From: Chloroflexota bacterium
GTDB lineage: Bacteria; Chloroflexota; Limnocylindria; Limnocylindrales; CSP1-4
Length of the DNA stretch: 64,000 nucleotides
Reading direction: 5' to 3'
NCBI GenBank assembly: GCA_029778235.1
Contig: JAKOQS010000082.1
Coordinates: 15,299-79,298 of the forward strand
Shown here one piece after another: positions 37,535-47,498 of the stretch. Under the pieces are notes generated by a model. It was not told the origin of the DNA. It saw only the letters and a list, made by a program, of their open reading frames with translations, and made no database searches. A program made the position numbers and the translations under genes. The number at the start of each line of letters is the position of its first letter. Position 1 is the stretch's first letter.

Positions 37535-37689
37535 GCGCGCGGGCCCGCGAGCCACCCGTGTGCGCGCGGGGCGTGCGCCCGTCCACGCGCGGCCCGCCCC
37601 CCGCGTGGGGTCGGCCGCCTGCCCCCCGGCGCCCCGGCGCGCGGGGGCGCCCCGAGCGCTCCGGCGGACTCTCGGGTACGCTCGCGCCC

Positions 37690-38445
37690 GTGGCACTCCT
37701 CGCGGGACCCGGCACCGACCGCCCGGCCCCTGCAGCGACCTTCGGCGCGGCGCGTCCCGTCATCTTCCTTCGCGACGTCACCAAGACGTACCCCGGGGGG
37801 AAGGTCGCGCTGCGCGACGTGGACCTCACCATCCGCGAGGGCGAGTTCGTCTTCATCGTGGGCCCGTCCGGCGCCGGCAAGTCGACGCTCCTGAAGCTGC
37901 TCATCCGCGACGAGGTCGCCACCGAGGGCCAGGTCTTCATCGACGGGACCGACCTCGCCCGGCTCGGCCGCCGCGAGATCCCGAAGGTGCGCCGGCACAT
38001 CGGGACCATCTTCCAGGACTTCAAGCTGCTGCCCACCCGGACCGTCTGGGAGAACGTCGCGTTCGCGCTCGAGGTCACGGGGATGTCGCGCAAGCGCATC
38101 GCGCCCCTCGTGGACCGCGTCCTCGCGCTGGTGGGCCTCACCGCGCAGGCCGGCCAGCTTCCGACGCAGCTGTCGGGCGGCGAGCAGCAGCGCACGGCGA
38201 TCGCACGGGCTCTCGTCCACGACCCGCGCCTGATCATCGCCGACGAGCCCACCGGTAACCTGGACCCGCTGATCAGCTGGGAGATCATCCAGCTGCTGCT
38301 CCGGATCAACGAGCTGGGCGTCACGGTGCTCATGGCCACCCACGACGCCGAGGTGGTGACGGCCCTGCGCCGCCGCGTCGTCGCCCTCGAGGAGGGGCGG
38401 GTCGTCCGCGACGAGCTGGGCGCCGCCTACCACCGCGAGGACTGA
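37690..38445 (+). CDS. ftsE: Cell division ABC ATPase FtsE
   Basis: GPSGAGKSTLLK (Walker A), LSGGEQQR (signature), LIIADEPTGNLD (Walker B). Start uncertain; GTG 37690 is the first plausible in-frame start. Confidence 0.9.
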   Translation: MALLAGPGTDRPAPAATFGAARPVIFLRDVTKTYPGGKVALRDVDLTIREGEFVFIVGPSGAGKSTLLKLLIRDEVATEGQVFIDGTDLARLGRREIPKVRRHIGTIFQDFKLLPTRTVWENVAFALEVTGMSRKRIAPLVDRVLALVGLTAQAGQLPTQLSGGEQQRTAIARALVHDPRLIIADEPTGNLDPLISWEIIQLLLRINELGVTVLMATHDAEVVTALRRRVVALEEGRVVRDELGAAYHRED

Positions 38446-38448
38446 GGC

Positions 38449-39333
38449 GTGATCCCCTTCGTGCTGTTCAGCTTCCGGCGCGCGTGGCAGGGCTTCTGGC
38501 GCAACGGCCTCATGAGCATCGCCGCCACCGCGACGATGACCTTCATGCTCCTGCTGCTCGGCGGCTTCTGGGTCGTGCAGGCGGGACTGTCCGCGGGCCT
38601 CCAGTACGTCGAGCAGAAGGTCCAGGTCGTCGCGTACATGAAGGAGGATGCGACGCAGAAGCAGGTGGACGAGGCCGTCGCGGGCGTCCGCCTGATGCCC
38701 GAGGTCAAGGACGTCGCCTTCGTCAGCAAGGACGATGCCCTCGCCCGGTTCCGCGCCAACCTCGCCGAGCGCGGCCAGCCCGACCTCACGGGGAGCCTGG
38801 ACACCAACCCGCTCCCCGCCAGCATCGAGGTCTACCTCGTCGACCCCAACGACTTCGGGGCGGTCGTGACGCAGCTCGAGAGCAGCGCGGGCGTGGACCG
38901 GGTGGACGACGTCCAGCAGCTCGTCGACCGGATCACGACGGTGACCACCGTCATCCGGACCGTCGGGATCGGTGCCCTGCTCCTCGTGGGCCTGACCGTC
39001 CTCTTCATCATCGTGAACACGATCCGGCTCGCGGTGACCTCGCGCGCCGAGGAGATCGAGATCATGCGGCTGGTGGGCGCGTCGGACGCCTTCATCCGCT
39101 GGCCGTTCATCTTCGAGGGCGCCCTCGTCGGCCTGCTGGGCGCGCTCGCCACCCTGCTCATCCTCGCTGCGGCGGCGACCCCCCTGTCGTCGCTCATGCT
39201 CGGGTTCTTCCGGGTCCTCCCGCTGGAGTTCGGCACGCTGGTCCGCGACGTCGCGGTCCTCGTGGTCGTCACCGGCCTGGGGCTCGGCGTCGTCGGCTCG
39301 TATGTCTCCGTCCGCAGCTACCTCATCCGCTGA
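38449..39333 (+). CDS. ftsX: Cell division permease-like protein FtsX
   Basis: 294 aa. FRRAWQGFWRNGLMS N-terminus, periplasmic domain, and three C-terminal TM segments. Directly follows ftsE. Confidence 0.9.
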   Translation: MIPFVLFSFRRAWQGFWRNGLMSIAATATMTFMLLLLGGFWVVQAGLSAGLQYVEQKVQVVAYMKEDATQKQVDEAVAGVRLMPEVKDVAFVSKDDALARFRANLAERGQPDLTGSLDTNPLPASIEVYLVDPNDFGAVVTQLESSAGVDRVDDVQQLVDRITTVTTVIRTVGIGALLLVGLTVLFIIVNTIRLAVTSRAEEIEIMRLVGASDAFIRWPFIFEGALVGLLGALATLLILAAAATPLSSLMLGFFRVLPLEFGTLVRDVAVLVVVTGLGLGVVGSYVSVRSYLIR

Positions 39334-39355
39334 CGGGACGCCGATCGGGGAGCCG

Positions 39356-40813
39356 ATGCCGGGTGACCCGACGGCCACGCCGGAGACGAGCGGCGCCCCC
39401 GGGGGGTCCGGCGCGGCCCCGGCGGACCCGGGAGCGGCTGCCGCTCCACCCGGCGGCGGTCAGCCCGTGGACGGAGATGGCCGGTCGGGCCGGGCGCGGC
39501 GTCGCCCGCTCGCCGTGGTCGTCGCCCTGCTGCTCGTCGCGGTCCTGGGCGGATCGGTCGTCTTCCTCTCCGGCTACGCGCTCGGCGCGCGGGTCGCCAC
39601 CACGCCCGGCACGCCGGCGGACGAGGCGGAGCTCTGGGCGCCGTTCTGGGACGCCTATCGGGCCATCACCGACCAGTTCGTCGGCGAGGTGGACCAGAAG
39701 CGGCTGGTCGAAGGCGCGATCGGCGGGATGGTGGACTCGCTCGGCGACCGCTGGTCGCAGTACCTCACGTCCGAGCAGTACCGCGACAGCCTCCAGGGGA
39801 TCTCGGGGCGCTTCTCCGGGATCGGCGCCGAGATGCAGGGCCAGCCCGCGCCGGGCGGCGAGCCGTGCACGCCGCTGGGGCCTGCGTGCCGGCTGACCGT
39901 CGTCTCCACGGTGCCGGGAGCCCCGGCCGAGAAGGCCGGCATCGTGCCCGGCGACGCCGTGCTCGCGGTGGACGGGGCCTCGCTCGCCGGCCTCACCAGC
40001 GAGGAGGCGACGGCGAAGATCCGGGGACCCAAGGGGACCCCCGTGACGCTCACGATCGCGCGCGGGTCGGAGCCGGTGCGGGACGTCGAGATCGTCCGCG
40101 ACTACATCGCCCGGCCCGAGGTCACCTCCAGGATCCTGGCCGACGGGACGGTGGGCTACGTGAAGCTCTCGGGCTTCAGCGACAGCGCGTCGAAGGCGTT
40201 CGCGGCGACGGTGGCGGACCTCGCCGGCCAGGGCATCACCAGGTTCGTGGTGGACATCCGGGGGAACCCAGGCGGGTTCGTGTCGGCGGCGCGCGACATC
40301 GCGAGCCAGTTCATCGCGTCCGGCCCCGTCTACTTCCAGGAGGACGCCCAGGGAACGCGCGTCGAGGTGGATGCGAAGTCCGGCGGGGCCGCGACCGGCG
40401 ACGACGTGCGCGTGACCGTGCTCGTGGACGGGAACAGCGCATCCGCCAGCGAGATCGTGGCGGGCGCGCTGCAGGACCGCGGGCGCGCGACGCTCGTCGG
40501 CGGCCGGACGTTCGGCAAGGGGACGATCCAGGAGTGGCTGCCCCTCCCCAACGACACGGGCGGGATGCGCCTGACCGTCCTGAAGTGGCTCACGCCCGCC
40601 GGCCGATGGATCCACGAGAAGGGGATCGAGCCGGACATCGCCGTGGACACGGGTGCCGCGGCGGGCGAGGCATCGGCCACGGGCGACGCCGTCCTCGACC
40701 GCGCCCTCGAGGTCCTGGCCGGCTCCCCGGCCGGGCCGGGCGGGTCGGCGACCCCGGCCGCGACGCCCACGCCGGCCGCCTCCGGCGGTCCGGGAGCCTC
40801 GCCCGTTCCCTGA
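39356..40813 (+). CDS. S41-family C-terminal processing peptidase with a PDZ domain
   Basis: Start at ATG 39356, preceded by GGGGAG. Contains VVDIRGNPGG, GNSASASEIVAGALQD (catalytic Ser) and TFGKGT (Lys). Confidence 0.9.
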   Translation: MPGDPTATPETSGAPGGSGAAPADPGAAAAPPGGGQPVDGDGRSGRARRRPLAVVVALLLVAVLGGSVVFLSGYALGARVATTPGTPADEAELWAPFWDAYRAITDQFVGEVDQKRLVEGAIGGMVDSLGDRWSQYLTSEQYRDSLQGISGRFSGIGAEMQGQPAPGGEPCTPLGPACRLTVVSTVPGAPAEKAGIVPGDAVLAVDGASLAGLTSEEATAKIRGPKGTPVTLTIARGSEPVRDVEIVRDYIARPEVTSRILADGTVGYVKLSGFSDSASKAFAATVADLAGQGITRFVVDIRGNPGGFVSAARDIASQFIASGPVYFQEDAQGTRVEVDAKSGGAATGDDVRVTVLVDGNSASASEIVAGALQDRGRATLVGGRTFGKGTIQEWLPLPNDTGGMRLTVLKWLTPAGRWIHEKGIEPDIAVDTGAAAGEASATGDAVLDRALEVLAGSPAGPGGSATPAATPTPAASGGPGASPVP

Positions 40814-40987
40814 CAGGTGGCTGCGCCTCGCCCGGATGGCCGGCCCCCCGGACGCGGCCGCCACGGGCCGGCGACGCCTGCGCTCGCCGGGCGATCCCGG
40901 CGCCGGCCCCCGGGCCGGCGGCCGGCCATCTCCGGTCCCCGGGCGGCCTCACCCGGTCGGCCGGGACCTCGGCCGGAAGGTGGCTCT

Positions 40988-41016
40988 TGCGGCATCGGGC
41001 CGCGTCGGCTATCGTC
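40988..41016 (+). promoter_or_regulatory. Candidate promoter upstream of the smpB leader RNA
   Basis: TTGCGG (40988-40993), a 17-nt spacer, then TATCGT (41011-41016). Confidence 0.35.
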
Positions 41017-41021
41017 CCCGG

Positions 41022-41149
41022 CAACGAAAGGAGGTGATGTGCAGTGATAGATCACAGTAGCTGCACCACCTCGCGGGAGACGAAGGCCTAGGACCTTCGC
41101 CCCGCAAGGTGGGTGAGCTTCGAACGCCGGCCCTCCCGGGCCGGCGTTC
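41022..41149 (+). ncRNA. Candidate structured leader or small RNA upstream of smpB
   Basis: Three hairpins read by eye: H1 41032-41073, H2 41068-41112 (shares CACCTC with H1), and H3 41122-41149. Bases 41027-41039 (GAAAGGAGGTGAT) are a perfect complement of the 16S rRNA 3' tail. Confidence 0.35.
41122..41149 (+). terminator. 12-bp GC-rich hairpin (possible intrinsic terminator/attenuator without a U-tract)
   Basis: GAACGCCGGCCC, loop tccc, then GGGCCGGCGTTC form a perfect stem. It lies 86 nt upstream of the smpB ATG. Confidence 0.4.
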
Positions 41150-41235
41150 GCGCGTCCGGCGCGACCGAGGCCGGACCACCGGCGAAGGGCGTCGCGCATC
41201 GCCCGCCGGCCCCCACCCAGACAGGAGTGACCCCC

Positions 41236-41700
41236 ATGGGCGAACAGACGATCGCCCTCAACCGGAAGGCCCGCCACGACTACCTCATCGAGGAGACACT
41301 CGAGGCGGGGATCGTCCTGACCGGGACCGAGATCAAGAGCGTCCGGGCGCACAAAGTGAACCTGACGGACGGCTACGTCCGGATCGAGCGTGGCGAGGCG
41401 TGGCTCGTCGGCGCGCACATCGCGCCCTTCGAGGCCGGCAACCGGTGGAACCACGAGTCGAAGCGGACCCGGAAGCTGCTGCTGCACCGCTCGCAGATCG
41501 TGACGCTCGGGGTGCGCGTGAAGTCGAAGGGGCTGACGATCGTCCCGCTCCGGCTGTACATCGACGACCGCGGGCACGCCAAGCTCGAGCTGGGGATCGG
41601 GCGCGGGAAGAAGCAGTACGACCGCCGTCGGGACATCGCCGCGCGCGATTCGCGGCGCGAGGTGGAGCGCGAGCTGGCCGACACGAGCCGGGGGCGCTAG
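41236..41700 (+). CDS. smpB: SsrA-binding protein SmpB
   Basis: Start at ATG 41236 with AGGAG 9 nt upstream. Contains NRKARHDYLIEETLEAGIVLTGTEIKS and LLLHRSQI. Confidence 0.95.
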   Translation: MGEQTIALNRKARHDYLIEETLEAGIVLTGTEIKSVRAHKVNLTDGYVRIERGEAWLVGAHIAPFEAGNRWNHESKRTRKLLLHRSQIVTLGVRVKSKGLTIVPLRLYIDDRGHAKLELGIGRGKKQYDRRRDIAARDSRREVERELADTSRGR

Positions 41701-42497
41701 GTCGTCTCCTCCGCGAGGCCCGGGCCCCGGAGCGGAGCGGGCCGCAGCGGCTCCAGACGACGCGCCGCAGCCGCCGCATATCCCGGGTCGATCTCGATCC
41801 CCACGAACCTGCGACCCAGCCCGAGGGCCGCCGCGCCCGTCGAGCCCACGCCCGTGAACGGGTCGAGCACGAGGTCCCCCGGCCGTGAGCCCCACTCGAT
41901 CAGCCGACGCAGGACGGCCACGGGCTTCTGCGTCGGGTGGCGGGGCTCCTTCACGCGCTCCGCGCCCATGCAGATCGGCGCCTCGATGAAGTTGTGCATC
42001 TCCCGCTGGCGCGTGAAGTTCCAGGTGTGCCCTCGGTCCCATGCGGCGACGATCAGCTCGCAGCTGTTGAGGAAGCCGGCTCGGCGGAGCTTGGGCGGCG
42101 GGTTGGTCTTGTGCCAGACGACGACCTGGAACGTGTCGAACGCGGGGTCGTACGCCGCGTGCCACCGGCCGAGCATGTTGTAGCTGGTGAAGGCGAACAG
42201 GTTGCCGGTCGGCTTGAGGACGCGCCGGATCTCGGGAAGCCAGGCGGCCGGGTCGAAGGTCTCCGCGTCCCAGTCCGCGACGTCGTTGTTGAACGGCGCG
42301 CGCCAGGTGGGCGCGATGTTGCCGGTCGAGTAGTGCGCGAGGTTGTACGGCGGGTCGGTGCAGACGAGGTCGACCGACGCGTCGGGGATCCCGCGCAGCA
42401 GGATGCGGGCGTCGCCCTGCCAGAGCTGGAGGGCGGCGGAGGGGTCGAAGACGGGCAGGGCCGGGGCGTCCGGCGCATCGCCGTGGTCACGAGACAT
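41697..42497 (-). CDS. Site-specific DNA methyltransferase (N4/N6, beta-class, PF01555-like); no restriction partner seen
   Basis: Start at ATG 42497. Contains SVDLVCTDPPYN (motif IV), then HPTQKPVAVLRRLI and VLDPFTGVGSTG (motif I), which is the beta-class order. Confidence 0.9.
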   Translation of the reverse strand: MSRDHGDAPDAPALPVFDPSAALQLWQGDARILLRGIPDASVDLVCTDPPYNLAHYSTGNIAPTWRAPFNNDVADWDAETFDPAAWLPEIRRVLKPTGNLFAFTSYNMLGRWHAAYDPAFDTFQVVVWHKTNPPPKLRRAGFLNSCELIVAAWDRGHTWNFTRQREMHNFIEAPICMGAERVKEPRHPTQKPVAVLRRLIEWGSRPGDLVLDPFTGVGSTGAAALGLGRRFVGIEIDPGYAAAAARRLEPLRPAPLRGPGLAEETT

Positions 42498-42657
42498 CGA
42501 TGGGATGGTACCGGCAGCAGGGTCGGGCGCGGTGGATCCTGCCGTCCGGCGACGATATGCTGGCGTGCACGCCATGGGGCGTGCTAGATTCGTTCTCAGA
42601 GCGCCGTCGAGGTCCGGAAATCGAACCTCCGGCCGGAGACACCCGAGGCGATCCGCC

Positions 42658-44211
42658 ATGGCGATCCTCCACCCGTCGAAGCCGTCCGAGCCCTCAGACG
42701 CCGGGGTGCCGCAGGGCGCGCCGCCCGCCCCGGCCGACCCCACCCCGGTCGACGCGTCCCCGTCGGGACCTCCGGCTGCCGCGGCACCCGCCCTGCGGTT
42801 CGCGCCCGTCCCCGCGCGGATGGAGCCGCCCGAGGGCCCCACGGTCTCGTTCGACCCCGATCGGATCGCCCGGCTTCTCGAGGAGGAGTCGCACCGCCTC
42901 GACGAGTCGACGCCGGGCTCCGCCGCGACGTTCGCGCGGGCGAAGCGGACCCTCGCCGGCGGCGTTCCCTCGTCCTACCAGGCCCGGAAGCCATGGCCCA
43001 TCTACCTCACGCGCGGCGACGGGCAGTACGTATGGGATGTCGACGGGCGCCGGTACCTCGACGTCCACAACGCGTTCGGGAGCATGGTCCAGGGCCACGC
43101 GCACCCGCTGATCACGGAGGCTGTCTCGCGCCGGATGGCGCTCGGCACCCACTTCGCGGCACCCACCGAGGACGCGATCGTCGTCGCGGAGGAGCTCGAG
43201 CGGCGCTTCGGGCTGCCGCAGTGGCGGTTCCTCAACTCCGGGTCCGAGGCGACGATGGACGCGATCCGCCTCGCACGGGCGATCACCGGCCGCGACACCG
43301 TCCTGAAGATCTTCGGCTCGTACCACGGCCACCACGACTACGTCATGGTCTCGATCGGGCTCTCCGAGGAGCACATGGGCGACCGCGAGGACTACCCGTC
43401 GGTCGCGTACGGCGCGGGCATCCCGCCGAGCGTCACCGCGATGACGGTGGCTGTCCCGTTCAACGACGGAGATGCCCTCGAGCGACGGATCGTCCGCCTC
43501 GAGGCGGAGGGCCGGGCGCCCGCCTGCCTGATCATGGAGGCGGCGCTGATGAACTGCGGCGTCATCCTCCCCGAGCCCGGCTACCTCGACCGCGTTCGCG
43601 AGATCACGCGCCGGCACGGGATCGTCTGGATCGTCGACGAGGTGAAGACCGGCCTCACGATCGCCCCCGGCGGCGCGTGCGAGTACTTCGCGATCCAGCC
43701 GGACCTCATCTGCCTCGCGAAGGCCCTCGGCGGCGGCCTGCCGTCCGCCGCGATCGGTGCGACGCACGAGATGATGGAGCCGGTCCTGACGGGCCGCGTC
43801 TGCATGGTCGGGACGTACAACGGGAACCCGCTCGTCATGGCGGCGGCACGCGCCAACCTCCTCGAGGTGATGACGCCCGCCGCGTACGACCACCTGGAGC
43901 ACATCAACCGCCGGCTCCTGGACGAGACCCAGGGGGTGATCGACGCCTACCGCATCGCGGCCTACCCGGTCGGGATCCGGTCGAAGGGGGTCGTCGCCTT
44001 CTCCGACTCGAAGCTGGTGGACTACGAGACGTTCAAGCGGGCGCAGGACGAGCAGCTCATGGCGCTCGCCTGGCTCTGGAACATGAACCGCGGGATCTTC
44101 GCCACGCCGGGCCGCGAGGAGGAGTGGACCCTGTCGATCCGGATGACCGACGACGACGTGGATCACTACGTGAGCGTCTTCGCGGAGCTGATCGACGCGC
44201 TGACACGGTAG
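42658..44211 (+). CDS. Class-III (PLP-dependent) aminotransferase, glutamate-1-semialdehyde aminomutase-like
   Basis: NSGSEATMDAIRLARAITGRD, DEVKTG, and DLICLAKALGGGLP (PLP Lys). The first ~55 aa are P/A-rich, so ATG 42820 is an alternative start. Confidence 0.85.
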   Translation: MAILHPSKPSEPSDAGVPQGAPPAPADPTPVDASPSGPPAAAAPALRFAPVPARMEPPEGPTVSFDPDRIARLLEEESHRLDESTPGSAATFARAKRTLAGGVPSSYQARKPWPIYLTRGDGQYVWDVDGRRYLDVHNAFGSMVQGHAHPLITEAVSRRMALGTHFAAPTEDAIVVAEELERRFGLPQWRFLNSGSEATMDAIRLARAITGRDTVLKIFGSYHGHHDYVMVSIGLSEEHMGDREDYPSVAYGAGIPPSVTAMTVAVPFNDGDALERRIVRLEAEGRAPACLIMEAALMNCGVILPEPGYLDRVREITRRHGIVWIVDEVKTGLTIAPGGACEYFAIQPDLICLAKALGGGLPSAAIGATHEMMEPVLTGRVCMVGTYNGNPLVMAAARANLLEVMTPAAYDHLEHINRRLLDETQGVIDAYRIAAYPVGIRSKGVVAFSDSKLVDYETFKRAQDEQLMALAWLWNMNRGIFATPGREEEWTLSIRMTDDDVDHYVSVFAELIDALTR

Positions 44212-44220
44212 CCTTGCCGG

Positions 44221-44610
44221 ATGCGGTCGGAGACGTTCGCGAAGGCACGGTACCTGTCGCTCACCACGTTCCGCCGGGACGGCCGGGCCGTGGCCACCGC
44301 GGTCTGGTTCGTCCCGGACGGAGAGCGGCTGCTCGTCGTCACCGGGGCGACGAGCGGCAAGGTGAAGCGGCTGCGCCGTGACCCGCGCGTCCTCGTCGCG
44401 CCGAGCGACATGCGCGGCCGGCCGAGCGCGGAGGCGATCGAGGCGACAGCGCGCCTGCAGGACGAGGCGGGCACTGCGGCGACGCTCGCGGAGGTGAAGC
44501 GCCGGTACGGCGTCCTCGGACGGATCTTCTTCCGTGGCGGCGCCGGCCAGGGCGACGAGGTCCGGTTGGTCGGGCTGGAGATCGATCTCGACGTTCACCC
44601 GGATGCCTGA
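44221..44610 (+). CDS. PPOX-class (pyridoxamine 5'-phosphate oxidase-like) probable F420-dependent protein
   Basis: 129 aa. ARYLSLTTFRRDGRAVATAVWFV...GKVKRLRRDPRV is typical of PPOX-class split-barrel proteins. Confidence 0.7.
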   Translation: MRSETFAKARYLSLTTFRRDGRAVATAVWFVPDGERLLVVTGATSGKVKRLRRDPRVLVAPSDMRGRPSAEAIEATARLQDEAGTAATLAEVKRRYGVLGRIFFRGGAGQGDEVRLVGLEIDLDVHPDA

Positions 44611-45586
44611 GGGCGCCGCCCCCGACCCCGCGTCCCGACTGCTCGCCCCGTGGGCGCTGCCGTGGCCGGTGGCCCGGACGGCGGTCGTCATCCTCGCCGG
44701 GCTGGCCGTTCCTGCGATCGCCGTCCTCCTCGCGTTCGGGGGACCGGCTGCGTTCGCGATGAACATGGCGTACGTCGCGTGCCTGACGGTCGCGATCAAG
44801 GACCGCGCCCGGTTCGCGCTGCTGCTCGCCGTCCCCGTCGCCCTCGCAGCGGCGGTCGCGGTCGGGCTGTCCGGCCAGCCGTTCGTGGCCGCCTGCTTCG
44901 CCGCCCTCGCGTGCCTTCTCGTCGCGCCGGCGAACCAGCTCGACAACGGCCTCATGGCCGGGCTGCCCACGATCGTCGTCGTCTACCTCGCGCAGTCGAC
45001 GCCCGGCGATCCTGCGGTCGCGGCCGTCGGCCTGCTCGCCGGAGCCGTGGTCGCGGTCGTCGTCCTGTCGCGGATCCCGAAGACGGGACGGCGCGTGCCG
45101 ATCGCCGGGAACGTCGCGTACCTGCACGCCGGGACCATGGCGGCCGCGGTCGGCGTCACGACGCTCGTCGTCATCGCGCTCGACGTACCGCACGGCTACT
45201 GGATCCCGATGACGATGACGATGGTGCTGCGGCCGGTCGGGTCCGAGACGCGGAGCATCGCGTACCAGCGCATCGCAGGCACCGTGATCGGCGCCCTGAT
45301 CGCGATCGCGCTCCTGGAGATCCTGCCCGGGACCGCGGCGGTCGCCGCGGCGGGAGCCCTGCTCGTCCCGGTCGTCGCGTACGTGCTGCTCGGCCGGTAC
45401 GGGCAGTTCGTCACGTTCCTCACGCCGTTCGTCGTCCTCAGCGCGGGCGGCGACCTCGACGTGGCGATCGAGCGGGTCGGGATGACGCTCCTCGGCGCGG
45501 CGGTCGCGGCGGTGATCGCGATCGCGCTCGTGCACGTGGAGGAGCGGCTCGGCTGGGCCGGGAGAGCGGAGCCGGCCCCCGGCTGA
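44603..45586 (+). CDS. FUSC-like or aromatic-acid-exporter-like integral membrane protein
   Basis: Start at ATG 44603, an 8-nt overlap with the previous gene. About 10 hydrophobic segments, with GYWIPMTMTMVLRP and RIAGTVIGALIA typical of FUSC-family proteins. Confidence 0.6.
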   Translation: MPEGAAPDPASRLLAPWALPWPVARTAVVILAGLAVPAIAVLLAFGGPAAFAMNMAYVACLTVAIKDRARFALLLAVPVALAAAVAVGLSGQPFVAACFAALACLLVAPANQLDNGLMAGLPTIVVVYLAQSTPGDPAVAAVGLLAGAVVAVVVLSRIPKTGRRVPIAGNVAYLHAGTMAAAVGVTTLVVIALDVPHGYWIPMTMTMVLRPVGSETRSIAYQRIAGTVIGALIAIALLEILPGTAAVAAAGALLVPVVAYVLLGRYGQFVTFLTPFVVLSAGGDLDVAIERVGMTLLGAAVAAVIAIALVHVEERLGWAGRAEPAPG

Positions 45587-45673
45587 CGCGGCGGCGCCAT
45601 CGGACCCGGGCATCGACGGCCGCGGTATGATGAGGTCGAGCCGGAGCCTGTGGGCGCCGGCCGACGTGTCAGT

Positions 45674-47477
<1,804 letters not shown>

Positions 47478-47498
47478 GCGGAGGGTGGGCTCGGCCAG

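Noticed and set aside
41038-41061. The mini-ORF ATG TGC AGT GAT AGA TCA CAG TAG (MCSDRSQ*) as a leader peptide.
   Set aside because: The ATG is only 2 nt from the GGAGG core, and the sequence lies in the stem-loop of hairpin 1. I treat it as part of the RNA element rather than annotate a CDS; it is not excluded.
42600-42640. A tRNA-like T-arm on the minus strand (CCGGAGGTTCGATTTCCGG), possibly a tRNA gene or att-site remnant next to the orphan methyltransferase.
   Set aside because: The loop would be 9 nt rather than 7. No matching acceptor stem, D-arm or anticodon arm can be built from the flanks. It also lies just upstream of the aminotransferase start (42658).
45626-45631. TATGAT as a -10 element for ssrA.
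   Set aside because: No acceptable -35 lies at 16-18 nt spacing, and the distance to the mature 5' end (43 nt) is only loosely compatible with a precursor. The evidence is too weak to annotate.
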